Source: Acidithiobacillus sp. (GTDB lineage: Bacteria > Pseudomonadota > Gammaproteobacteria > Acidithiobacillales > Acidithiobacillaceae). Taken from it: a stretch of 64,000 nucleotides of DNA. Shown piece by piece: positions 25,477 through 33,780 of this stretch. The notes under the pieces were generated by a model. The model was not told where the DNA came from and did no database searches. It worked only from the letters and a program-made list of their open reading frames with translations. Location: contig JBFWMO010000003.1 in NCBI GenBank assembly GCA_050251535.1, positions 9,768 to 73,767 on the forward strand, written 5' to 3'. Each line of letters begins with the position of its first letter. The stretch's first letter is position 1. The translations under genes and the position numbers were made by a program.

Positions 25477-26691
25477 TTATGAGTTGACCGCGGTTATGAC
25501 CGGAACGTGCAGCAGCCGCCCCCACGCCTCGACAGAAGCGCGCTGAATAGCCGGGATATCGGTTCCTCGCGCCCACCAGTCGTTGGCCGGAGCCAACAGC
25601 GCTTGCGGGTGATGCCAGGCAAGCTGCAAACCTGGCAACATCAAAAGCTGCTCGTAGCAGACGAGGTAGCCAACGCGGGTCTGCCCAACCCGAGTCATTT
25701 CCGGCTTCCCAAACACGCGCATCCGGAAACTCCCACGCGGTTGCCATGGGTGCCACATAGAGAATGGCACCGGGATATGGTCGGGCAGGATTCGGGTGCG
25801 CCCGTCGCTGATCTGGACCATCGCATCGACGTAGCCGATCCCCTCTGGGACAAACGCACCAACAAAAACCGCCTGCTTGCGATGGGTAGCGGTCCAGTGG
25901 ATGACAGTCCGCCAGATCGCCTTGGTGCCAGCATACCACGGGCCGGCCACGGTCTCCGGCAGCAAAATCACTTTCGCGCCGTCACGCAACTTCTGCATCG
26001 TCTGGCGTTCCAGACGCATAGACGCCTGTACATAGGATAGCGGGGAGGACAGATGTCCGAACCTAGTGGACAGCCCCGTCCATTCATGCGGAGCGGGCAC
26101 TGGCGTCGGCGCACTGGCAAGCAGGATGGGCGGAAGCGTGAGCACAGCGAGGATTAGCCCGTCTTCAACAAATGCCGCCAAACAAATCGACGCCAGTGTC
26201 GCAAGAACGCCAGGCCAGCCGGAATTGAGGGCGCCAATCCATGGAGAAGTCCAGCCGATAATACCGAGAGGAGGCAGAATCGTGGACAAGGCCGAGAGGA
26301 TGAGCGTCGCAACCAGGGCAGCAGAAAGCCTGCCCAGGGCGCCGCGAAACCAGCGCGAGATGCGGTGATACAACAAATACGGCGCGGCAAAAACCATGGA
26401 CGACCCGAGCCAAAACAAGCCCCCGAGCAATAGCCCCGCTTTTGGAAAAAATACCGCCGTCCCGTGAATCAGCCCCCAAGTAGTCGCCAGATGGTATCCG
26501 AACATCAGCAGAAAAGGAGCCGACATCGGAGCGCGGGTATTCCCGAAAAACGGGATGGCAACCAGCGCCAATGGCGCCGCCCAGATGGCATGGGGCCAGG
26601 CAACCCAGCCAACGAGTGCCCCGAACAAAAGAGCTGCGAAATTCAATAGAGGGATCACCAAGTGTGCGGTTCGATTTTTCTCCCGCGTCAT
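25477..26691 (-). CDS. Lnt-like (apolipoprotein N-acyltransferase/CN-hydrolase) membrane protein, TraB-like
   Basis: Polytopic N-terminal half. The C-terminal half has VILLPE, HIPVPFSMW and LVCYEQ, which I read as a Glu/Lys/Cys CN-hydrolase pattern. Confidence 0.6.
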   Translation of the reverse strand: MTREKNRTAHLVIPLLNFAALLFGALVGWVAWPHAIWAAPLALVAIPFFGNTRAPMSAPFLLMFGYHLATTWGLIHGTAVFFPKAGLLLGGLFWLGSSMVFAAPYLLYHRISRWFRGALGRLSAALVATLILSALSTILPPLGIIGWTSPWIGALNSGWPGVLATLASICLAAFVEDGLILAVLTLPPILLASAPTPVPAPHEWTGLSTRFGHLSSPLSYVQASMRLERQTMQKLRDGAKVILLPETVAGPWYAGTKAIWRTVIHWTATHRKQAVFVGAFVPEGIGYVDAMVQISDGRTRILPDHIPVPFSMWHPWQPRGSFRMRVFGKPEMTRVGQTRVGYLVCYEQLLMLPGLQLAWHHPQALLAPANDWWARGTDIPAIQRASVEAWGRLLHVPVITAVNS

Positions 26692-27320
26692 ACATCATGC
26701 CCACACGCCCGGAAATCCTTGCCAAGCCTCTGCATGATTCTCTTTCCATGATCTGACCATTTTTCTCCGCCCGGCGAACTCCGATTCCAGGCCAGCGGTG
26801 AAGTGTGCGGCATAGCGTACAGGCGACATCTGCGAGGCCATGCCGCCCGCAGATCGACCCGGTACAGCAACGCAGCCGACACAGGATCGTAGTTGTGCGC
26901 TTCCAACAACGCCATGCTTGTTTCCAACCGGGCAATGCCCGTCAGTGCTGCCGTTGCCGTAGCGCCCACCGTCAAGACCGCCTCTGGACGCGCCAGCGCG
27001 ATGGTGGAGACCAGATGCGGCAAGCAGTTCACGATTTCCTTTTTGGTGGGCTTGCGATTGTCTGGCGGACGGCACCGAACCAGATTCGCGCAGCCATAGT
27101 CATAGCCACGGTGCAAGCCCTGTTCCTCCAACAGCCGGTGCAGCGTTTTGCCCGAAGTCCCGACAAAGCCCCGGCCCTGGTGGTCCTCGTGGACACCAGG
27201 CGCCTCGCCGATGACCAACAGCTTGCAAGTCCGCCCAAACTCCGGCACGTCGGGGTACACGATTCCCTCACGGCTGACGCAAAGGCTTGCGCATTTCCTG
27301 CACTCCGACATCAAGCCCAC
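26688..27320 (-). CDS. uracil-DNA glycosylase, family 4-like
   Basis: LLVIGEAPG motif A, FVGTSG, and HTSPLAW motif B. It has an N-terminal Cys cluster. Confidence 0.8.
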   Translation of the reverse strand: MGLMSECRKCASLCVSREGIVYPDVPEFGRTCKLLVIGEAPGVHEDHQGRGFVGTSGKTLHRLLEEQGLHRGYDYGCANLVRCRPPDNRKPTKKEIVNCLPHLVSTIALARPEAVLTVGATATAALTGIARLETSMALLEAHNYDPVSAALLYRVDLRAAWPRRCRLYAMPHTSPLAWNRSSPGGEKWSDHGKRIMQRLGKDFRACGHDV

Positions 27321-27595
27321 GCCTCGTCATCATCCACTAAATGCCGGCGGATGTTCCCCCGCCCCGAAATTTTCCTGGACCTTTCCCGCAGTTGCGCACA
27401 ATAGACACAACGTACTGCGTTTACAGCCTCAACCCGCTTTGGCGGAATGATCTCCGCGCAATCCAGACAATAACGATTTCCTTCTGCATCCTCGTCGGGC
27501 GGCTCCTGCGGCACCGCTTGCATCCGGGACAGCGCAGCATCCCGGTCTCGCTGCTCAAATTCTGCGGCAATATCCGCCTCATCTCCTGTACTCAT
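27311..27595 (-). CDS. traR: TraR/DksA-family C4 zinc-finger protein
   Basis: Contains CLDCAEIIPPKRVEAVNAVRCVYC. Internal ATG at 27595. Confidence 0.75.
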   Translation of the reverse strand: MSTGDEADIAAEFEQRDRDAALSRMQAVPQEPPDEDAEGNRYCLDCAEIIPPKRVEAVNAVRCVYCAQLRERSRKISGRGNIRRHLVDDDEAWA

Positions 27596-27599
27596 TGAA

Positions 27600-27791
27600 T
27601 CACCCTTTCTCAGGCAATTGAGAGTCGCAAAAATGCGCCATGAACAACACGGCGCGACGATACCCTTGCGCGGCCAGCACCCTGATCTCGTCCATGGTTT
27701 GCTGATCGCAAGCCTGCGAGCGGGCATGATCTTCCAGCCATTCCATTGGGATGACGTTCAACCATTCCTTTACGACATTCCTGAATTCCAT
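27600..27791 (-). CDS. small conserved ICE protein, paralogue of 1230..1424
   Basis: Sequence MEFRNVVKEWLNVIPMEWLED...EIRVLAAQGYRRAVLFMAHF. The upstream part of the track ORF is only a translation of the palindrome. Confidence 0.55.
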   Translation of the reverse strand: MEFRNVVKEWLNVIPMEWLEDHARSQACDQQTMDEIRVLAAQGYRRAVLFMAHFCDSQLPEKG

Positions 27792-27818
27792 TTCTTTCCC
27801 CTTCCACTCACCTGCGCC

Positions 27819-27904
27819 GTCTACCCGGTAGACGGCCACAGCGGGGTATAGATCAACGACGGGCCAGCATCAGAGCCGCGCCTGAAAGCGTCTACCGGGT
27901 AGAC
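27819..27904 (-). promoter_or_regulatory. double-operator promoter region (palindromes 27819-27833 and 27890-27904 flank the motif at 27845-27867)
   Basis: Two exact palindromes bracket GGTATAGATCAacgaCGGGCCAG. A divergent hicA -10 (TATAAT, 27936-27941) lies just to the right. Confidence 0.6.
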
Positions 27905-27958
27905 GGACCGCCAGAACGGCGCCACCAAGGTCCGGTATAATGGTGCATAAGGGGGCGG

Positions 27959-28252
27959 ATGTGGCGGATGCTGCGCGGACTTGTAATGCGTACATATATG
28001 TACGAAAATATGCGCAACGTAATGAAGTGGGCGTGCGCGATGATCGGGGCGGAGTTTGAAAAGCGGGTGAGGCGGTTAGGGCGGAAAACCGGACAATCGG
28101 TGCGCTTCGACAAACACCACGGCCATGGCAGCCATGGGCGCCTCTACTATGGCACCCGATTCACCACGCTCAAAGACCGCAAAAAAGAGATCGGCATAGG
28201 TCTGCTGAAAGCAATGTGTTTGCAACTGGGTATCAGTCCTGATGACCTGTAA
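27959..28252 (+). CDS. hicA: HicA-family mRNA-interferase toxin (start uncertain)
   Basis: Contains HHGHGSHGRLYYG...KEIGIGLLKAMCLQLGI. TATAAT and AAGGGGG lie upstream. Confidence 0.7.
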   Translation: MWRMLRGLVMRTYMYENMRNVMKWACAMIGAEFEKRVRRLGRKTGQSVRFDKHHGHGSHGRLYYGTRFTTLKDRKKEIGIGLLKAMCLQLGISPDDL

Positions 28253-28263
28253 AGGAGTTTGAT

Positions 28264-28707
28264 ATGCGATATGTTTACCCTGTGGCTTTGGTAAAGGATG
28301 AGAATGGTGAGTTCATTGCCACCTCTCGTGATGTTCCCGAAGCGATCACCAGCGGCACCACCGAAAGTGGGGCGCTGCTCGCGATGAGCGATGCGCTGGG
28401 TGCGGCACTGGCAGGCTACGTTCTGGACCGGCAAGGCATCCCCGCGCCATCCGACCCGTCGCAAGGCGAATACCTGGTGCCAGTGGCGGCGCTGGTGGCG
28501 GCCAAACTCGCTCTGCGATCAGCCATGCGGGCTGAAGGTATCAGCAACACGGAGCTTGGGCGTCGCCTGGGCGTCTCCGAAGGCGCGGTCCGCCGCCTGA
28601 TGGATGTGGATCATGCCTCCCGCATGGACGGGGTTATCGCGGCGCTGGCCGCCCTTGGCTCGGGAATCATCATCGAGGATCAGCGGCGAACAATAGTTGC
28701 GGCTTAG
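28264..28707 (+). CDS. hicB: HicB-family antitoxin with a C-terminal HTH
   Basis: HicB-like N-terminus MRYVYPVALVKDENGEFIATSRDVPEAITSG. XRE-type HTH ISNTELGRRLGVSEGAVRRL. Confidence 0.8.
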   Translation: MRYVYPVALVKDENGEFIATSRDVPEAITSGTTESGALLAMSDALGAALAGYVLDRQGIPAPSDPSQGEYLVPVAALVAAKLALRSAMRAEGISNTELGRRLGVSEGAVRRLMDVDHASRMDGVIAALAALGSGIIIEDQRRTIVAA

Positions 28708-28753
28708 ATGCTCTGCTTCTCGCCCAGCGGAATTCCGGACGATTTTTAAGGCC

Positions 28754-29039
28754 GTCTACCCGGTAGACGGCAAAATTCGCAGAATTTCCCAGGAAGGCGA
28801 CGCGCTTCCCCGGATGACGGCACGTCTACCCCTTCTTTATCTTGCGTTCGTTTTTTATTCAAAAATCGTGTTTTTTTGCCGTTTGGTCTACCCGGTAGAC
28901 GCAAAAACCGCCGGAAATTTCCCAGGAAGCGCGTCGTCGTCTACCCGGTAGACGATCAAGACAGGCGGAAATCCGCCGGTAGACGGTGGGATGCAGGAGA
29001 AATAGAGGGAGAATATGCGAGGTCGTCTACCCGGTAGAC
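28754..29039. repeat. array of four full palindromes (28754, 28886, 28939, 29025) plus two half-sites (28824, 28978), a ~50-bp direct repeat and an AT-rich core
   Basis: GTCTACCCGGTAGAC occurs 4 times. The unit GTCTACCCGGTAGACG-CAAAA..GAA(A)TTTCCCAGGAAG occurs twice (28754 and 28886). A T-rich stretch lies at 28831-28880. Confidence 0.9.
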
Positions 29040-29413
29040 GGTAAACAGTCCGTCCGGTCAAAGTAGTCCTGAAAGCACAGGCATTCCCTAGCGTCATAGT
29101 CAAAGAAGGCATAGGCCAACAATTCCAACGCACGAAGGGCAGGGTAGTCCTGCGGCAAGTCGGCCTGGCTGATGACCAGGATTTTTCGGTTGTCTTCCGT
29201 CCATCCTTTCGAGGTTGGTAGGCAGTCGGTAATCAGAACGCGATAAGAATAGGCATCTGGGTCTTCCACCCGAAGCCGGACGCCAGATTGCGCGCAGAGA
29301 TCAGAAATCGAGGTCAGTCCCCAGACGCGGTTTTTTACCGACTTTAGGTGCGGGAGCGGGTTCCGCAGTACGATGGGGCACGGCAGATTCAGGTTCATTG
29401 GTGGTTTCGACAT
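29027..29413 (-). CDS. hypothetical protein downstream of topB
   Basis: 128-aa ORF. I recognise no motif. Its 3' end runs into the palindrome at 29025. Confidence 0.45.
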   Translation of the reverse strand: MSKPPMNLNLPCPIVLRNPLPHLKSVKNRVWGLTSISDLCAQSGVRLRVEDPDAYSYRVLITDCLPTSKGWTEDNRKILVISQADLPQDYPALRALELLAYAFFDYDARECLCFQDYFDRTDCLPSTG

Positions 29414-29458
29414 AATCCAGTCCTCGTCTCACCGTGTCCCGAAGTTTTGCCAGATCCC

Positions 29459-31492
29459 TCAAGACCGTGGTTCCCACTTCGTTCCTATCTTCTTTGCATC
29501 CTGCTTGTCAGTCCACCAGCAGGACTGGCAGGACTCGCACTTGAAAAACGGGCTTCCCTTCTTGGTTTTCAGTATGATGGTTGGTTTTTTGCAATCCGGG
29601 CAAGAAGGTCCAGAAGCCTTTGCTCCGCCACCGCCTTTTTTGCCTTTCCCTCCAGACGCTCTCGGAGCGCCGACGGTCAGAGACATCCCCTTAGCGGCCT
29701 CAAGCGCCTTGCCGACACGATTGCGCTGCGATGTCTCGAACTCTTCCAGTCCCAGCTTGCCTTCTGCAACCAGCGACAAAGCGTCTTCCCAGCGAGCGGT
29801 CAACACCGGGTCAGACAGGTTTTTTGGCAGCGCGTGAATCAATGCACGGCCCGCAGCAGTAGAAATCACCTGCTTGCTTTTTCGCTCGATGAATCCGCGA
29901 GTCAGCAAGGTTTCCAGGATGTTGGCTCGGGTGGCTTCCGTCCCAAGGCCGGAAGTCTCCTTGAGCTTCTTCTTGGCCTCCGGGTCTTCGACAAACTTGT
30001 GGATATTGCTCATAGCTTCGATCAGCGATCCATCCGTGAATCGCGCTGGGGGCTTGGTCTGCTTCGCCTGTACGTCCGCGTCCTTGACCGGCAAAGGCTG
30101 TCCCTTTTGCAGGGCAGGGATTGGCCCTGCATCTCCGTCCGCCTCTTCATCATCCGTCATGCCATAGACGGCCTTCCAGCCGGCTGACACCGGAATGTTG
30201 GCCGTGGCCTTCCAATCCTCTCCCGTGCAGATCAACAGCGCCTTGGTCGCCCGGAACACATACGGCGGATAGAACTGCGCCAGGTAACTGCGAACGATGA
30301 GTTCATACACCTTGGCAACCTGCGGGCTCATGCTGCCCTGCAACGATCCGGTCGGGATGATCGCATGGTGAGCCGTGACCTTGCCCGTGTTCCAGATAGC
30401 CGACTTCCGCTGGGCGTCCGCGCCCTTCGCGAGTTCCGCGAAGCCCTGTTTTGCGATACCTGCCAGCACACGGGCTGCTTCGCCGTGCTGCTCTTCCGGC
30501 AGATAACGGCAGTCGGTACGCGGATAGGTGGCCGCCTTGTGTTCCTCATAGAGCGCCTGAGCGGCGTCCAGCACCTGCTGCGCGCTCATGCCCAGCTTTG
30601 CGGAGCAAACCTTCTGCAACTCGGATAGCGAAAAACCCAAAGGTGCCTGCTGTTTCTTCTCCGTACTGCTGTAGTCTTTGACGGTGGCCGTCCCTGCCGC
30701 TTTTGCCTTTTTGGCGAGCTGTTCTGCTGCCATACGGTCTGTCAGGTAGCCCTCGCCATCCACTCCCGGAAAATCCTCGTGCAACTCCCAGACAGACCAG
30801 AAACCCGTCTGAATGCGGGGCACGAAAAAATCCTTGGGCTTGAAATTCTCGATCTTCTCATCACGCGCCACAACCAAGCCCAACGTCGGGGTCTGCACAC
30901 GGCCCACGGAGACAACACCGGAACCGCTATTGCGCAGCGTGTACGCCCGTGTGAGGTTCATACCCATCAGCCAGTCTGCCCGCGAGCGGGCTTTGGCTGC
31001 GTTGCAGAGTTTCTGGTACTCCCTATTATCCTTGAGATTCGCCAGTGCCTTCTTCACGCTCTGCTCATCGAGTGCAGCCAGCCAAATCCGCTGGGTCGGA
31101 CCTTTCCAGCCCAGCTCTTCCAATATCTCATCGACAAGCAACTGACCCTCGCGGTCGGGATCGCCTGCGTTGACCACGACACTCGCTTTCTTGAGCAAGT
31201 CCCGAATCACCTTGATCTGGGCCTTGGCGTCGTCCTTTGCCCGCAGTTTCCATTGCTCCGGGAAAATGGGTAGCTCCTCAAAACGCCATTTCTTTTTTCC
31301 CTTCGGGTTCAGCGGCACCGTATCCGGCGTATAAAAATCAGGCTCTTCCTGTTCAAAGACGTGGCCGAAAGCCCAAGTAATCACCGTACCTGAGCCACAC
31401 TGGATGAATCCTTTGCCCTTGCTTTTGCTGTCTGGCAGGTGCTCGGCAATGCCTTTCCCCAGACTGGGTTTTTCTGCGATGAAAAGTCTCAC
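29459..31492 (-). CDS. topB: DNA topoisomerase III with a C-terminal zinc ribbon
   Basis: GTG start after GAGAGGAGAAGG. Toprim N-terminus RLFIAEKPS. It also has GYLTDR... and RTDCRYLP, and a C-terminal CPDCKK...CESCQSC. Confidence 0.9.
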   Translation of the reverse strand: MRLFIAEKPSLGKGIAEHLPDSKSKGKGFIQCGSGTVITWAFGHVFEQEEPDFYTPDTVPLNPKGKKKWRFEELPIFPEQWKLRAKDDAKAQIKVIRDLLKKASVVVNAGDPDREGQLLVDEILEELGWKGPTQRIWLAALDEQSVKKALANLKDNREYQKLCNAAKARSRADWLMGMNLTRAYTLRNSGSGVVSVGRVQTPTLGLVVARDEKIENFKPKDFFVPRIQTGFWSVWELHEDFPGVDGEGYLTDRMAAEQLAKKAKAAGTATVKDYSSTEKKQQAPLGFSLSELQKVCSAKLGMSAQQVLDAAQALYEEHKAATYPRTDCRYLPEEQHGEAARVLAGIAKQGFAELAKGADAQRKSAIWNTGKVTAHHAIIPTGSLQGSMSPQVAKVYELIVRSYLAQFYPPYVFRATKALLICTGEDWKATANIPVSAGWKAVYGMTDDEEADGDAGPIPALQKGQPLPVKDADVQAKQTKPPARFTDGSLIEAMSNIHKFVEDPEAKKKLKETSGLGTEATRANILETLLTRGFIERKSKQVISTAAGRALIHALPKNLSDPVLTARWEDALSLVAEGKLGLEEFETSQRNRVGKALEAAKGMSLTVGAPRASGGKGKKGGGGAKASGPSCPDCKKPTIILKTKKGSPFFKCESCQSCWWTDKQDAKKIGTKWEPRS

Positions 31493-31516
31493 GACCTTCT
31501 CCTCTCTGTAGCCGCC

Positions 31517-31565
31517 GTCTACCCGGTAGACGGTCATGAGAGGGTATAGATCAGGAGCGGGCCAA
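31517..31565 (-). promoter_or_regulatory. promoter-operator module for topB (motif 31543-31565, palindrome 31517-31531 in the 5' UTR)
   Basis: On the minus strand it reads TTGGCCCGctccTGATCTATACCCtctcatgaccGTCTACCGGGTAGAC, then the RBS and GTG. Confidence 0.6.
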
Positions 31566-31930
31566 CTCACCCGGCATGAGTCTATATGGTGCGAGCCCTA
31601 TGCCCAGGATAGACTGATAGTCAAAACCCTACGTATGGCTAGGTGTTGACATGGAGCCGAAACCGTGTGCCTGTGAGCGAGAGCTATAATCCCGTGGGAG
31701 CGGAAAAGGCGATAATGTGTTGCTTATTTTGACACGCGAAAACAAGAAAAAAGCACTTCACATGAGCGCACTTCTTTGAGTTAAAATCATCGTAGCTGTT
31801 TTGGCGAACGGCAAATTTTGCGCGCCACCGCGCGTGGGTTTCTTTTGGAACTCTCATCGTCAAAGTTAATATAGTATGTTATTCTGGCGTGTTTTGATAA
31901 ATCACTATTTTAAATCAGAGGCTTTGAGTA

Positions 31931-32941
31931 ATGGTAATTATCCGATATGTTATGCATTTTGCCATGGTTGTTTGCCTCCTATTAGTCTCCGCGAGCGCTG
32001 CGTGGGCCAGTAATAAGTTTGCACATCCTCACGGCCCTGGTTATTTGGGCTTGCTTATTCCTGTAGGGCCTGCTCATTATGGTGTCATTTTTAAAAATTT
32101 TGTAAAAATAAAAGATGTTCGTATAGGGCATTTCAATTATCAAGTTGGTAATATCTATAATATTCCTGTGATCATCTGCATTCAGCCGTTTGGCGGAGAG
32201 TTTACGCGTGCCCTTACTGCACAAGTCATGGTTGATAATTTTGATATTAAGGCGCTGCTATATCCTGGTACGTCCGGTGCACACGTCCCGCCAGGCAAGA
32301 TGCATGTCGGAGACATTGTTGTAGGGACAAAGCAAGTAAACTTTGCAAATTTCTACATGTCACCAGCGGGTGTCATTGTTCCTGACGAGTTTTCTGGGAA
32401 GTCAAGCCTTAAGGACTATGAATATTTTTACCTGAATAGAAAGCTAGAAGAATATACTTCCTGTGCAGCAAAATATGTTGCTAACAGGGAGATTTTGCCT
32501 CACTGGCTAAATGGTAAGTTTAAATATAACAAGCCGGAAATATATTATTATGGAATTCAGGGAACATCTTCCATGTGGCTTGCTGACAAATCCTTCATTG
32601 CTAAAACAGATAAAGTGTTTCATGAGGTTGACGAGGATGGAGATTGGTATTCTGCTACTGTCGCTAAGATGGCCGATATTCCTTTTATTGAGGTTAGTAC
32701 GATATCTGATAGTGTGTATGAATTCAAAGGAAATGGTGTCCCTCCCCGTGGGAAGCATCAGAAGAGTGCGTCGGAAATCACGCAGAATATAAGCGATCTA
32801 ATAATGTTAAGAATTATCAAAATTTATGGCGAAGATCTCCTTGATAAGAAATATAATTATCCATCTGTAAATCCGTATCCGGCCTATTTTTATCAGACTC
32901 CGAAAGACCCGCATGGGTTACTTGTTGGTTGCAAAAATTAA
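31931..32941 (+). CDS. secreted PNP/MTA-nucleosidase-superfamily protein
   Basis: Signal peptide (VCLLLVSASAAWA-SN). Contains YPGTSGA, HVGDIVVG and EVDEDGDWYSATVAKMADIPFIEVSTISD. The gene and its 360-bp leader are strongly AT-rich. Confidence 0.55.
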   Translation: MVIIRYVMHFAMVVCLLLVSASAAWASNKFAHPHGPGYLGLLIPVGPAHYGVIFKNFVKIKDVRIGHFNYQVGNIYNIPVIICIQPFGGEFTRALTAQVMVDNFDIKALLYPGTSGAHVPPGKMHVGDIVVGTKQVNFANFYMSPAGVIVPDEFSGKSSLKDYEYFYLNRKLEEYTSCAAKYVANREILPHWLNGKFKYNKPEIYYYGIQGTSSMWLADKSFIAKTDKVFHEVDEDGDWYSATVAKMADIPFIEVSTISDSVYEFKGNGVPPRGKHQKSASEITQNISDLIMLRIIKIYGEDLLDKKYNYPSVNPYPAYFYQTPKDPHGLLVGCKN

Positions 32942-32946
32942 CCTGA

Positions 32947-33228
32947 TTAGCACGTTTTTTCAGTTGACCGGAGCCAGCGTTCTGACCGGGGTTCGGAGCT
33001 GACAGCGGCTCGGAGCAGGCTCGCAGGAAGATCCGCCAGGCGAAATCTGCGATTGAATCGGTACGCTACTGCTGAGAGGTAACGTTGGCCGTATTTGCTG
33101 AACTTGAATGCGTGGTAGGCACCGGAAACGCTGGTTTTGAGATTGCTAAGCAGTGTGTTGACCCAGAGAAATTGGGGCAGTTCTCGGGGCTTTCGGCCTG
33201 CCGCCACAATGACTTCGTGCAACGGCAT
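32947..33228 (-). pseudogene. IS1595-family (ISXO2-like) transposase C-terminal fragment
   Basis: Contains FLWVNTLLSNLKTSVSGAYHAFKFSKYGQRYLSAVAYRFNRRF. The N-terminal two thirds are absent. Confidence 0.6.
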
Positions 33229-33315
33229 GCCCCGGGAGAACGGCTTTTTGTGGACTACAGCGGGCAGACTGTTCCGGTGATCCATCCGCATACGGGAGAG
33301 ATTCGGCAGGCACAG
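33226..33315 (+). pseudogene. IS21-family IstA transposase fragment (~30 aa)
   Basis: HAPGERLFVDYSGQTVPVIHPHTGEIRQAQ abuts the IS1595 fragment. Confidence 0.5.
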
Positions 33316-33318
33316 CAT

Positions 33319-33540
33319 GGCTATGCCGTGGTCATTGGCATCCTGATGCGGCCACCGTTACTGACCGTGGGCTTCATCTTCGCGTTCTTCGTGCTGGACA
33401 TTGCCGGCTGGTTCGTTGGACAGGCGCTACAGGTATTTCTGGCGGGCATGGGCGGCACGCAAGTAGGTCCCATTGGCTTTGCGGCAATGCTGGCCGTCAT
33501 CATCAGTACGATGTTCCTGTTGTGCCATCCTCGCTCGTAA
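33319..33540 (+). pseudogene. 3' fragment of a membrane-protein gene
   Basis: Two TM helices (LLTVGFIFAFFVLDIAGWFV, IGFAAMLAVIISTMFLL) are in frame behind the IS scar. There is no start of its own. Confidence 0.3.
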
Positions 33541-33780
33541 TTGGCGCAACCGCCCCACAATACTATTTTCCACAATACATGAGAACGACCGCTTCCGCTA
33601 TAAACCTATCGCTCACAGACTCCTCATCCCAACTCTGTTTTGCATGAATCGGTGGTATTCGAAAAGCCACCTGCACCAGAGATTACACAGGACGGAGGTT
33701 GGCGCCATGCGGAATTGCCCAATATATCCAAAGAGCGGCTCCGCCAGCGCCAATGTATACCATGATCGGCCCCGAGCTGT

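Noticed and set aside
24875-26935. Large overlapping minus-strand ORFs 24875..25939 (354 aa) and 26165..26935 (256 aa)
   Set aside because: They run across the boundaries of better-supported genes in other frames (the membrane protein 24559..25344, the Lnt-like gene 25477..26691, and the UDG 26688..27320). They also have Arg/Cys/Trp-rich compositions typical of off-frame GC-rich DNA.
28754-29039. Possible CRISPR array
   Set aside because: The repeats are 15-bp palindromes with irregular spacing (roughly 40-130 bp). The same repeat is dispersed singly at promoters, and no cas genes are present.
22968-31565. Reading the CTGGCCCG-N4-TGATC part of the motif as a sigma54 (-24/-12) promoter
   Set aside because: The GG is present, but the essential GC of the -12 element (TTGC) is replaced by TGAT in all copies, and the copies show no conserved TTGC at the right spacing.
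31646-31690. Perfect TTGACA (31646) and TATAAT (31685) hexamers in the AT-rich leader of the PNP-like gene
   Set aside because: They are 33 nt apart, so they cannot form one sigma70 promoter. The hexamer 17 nt upstream of TATAAT is poor.
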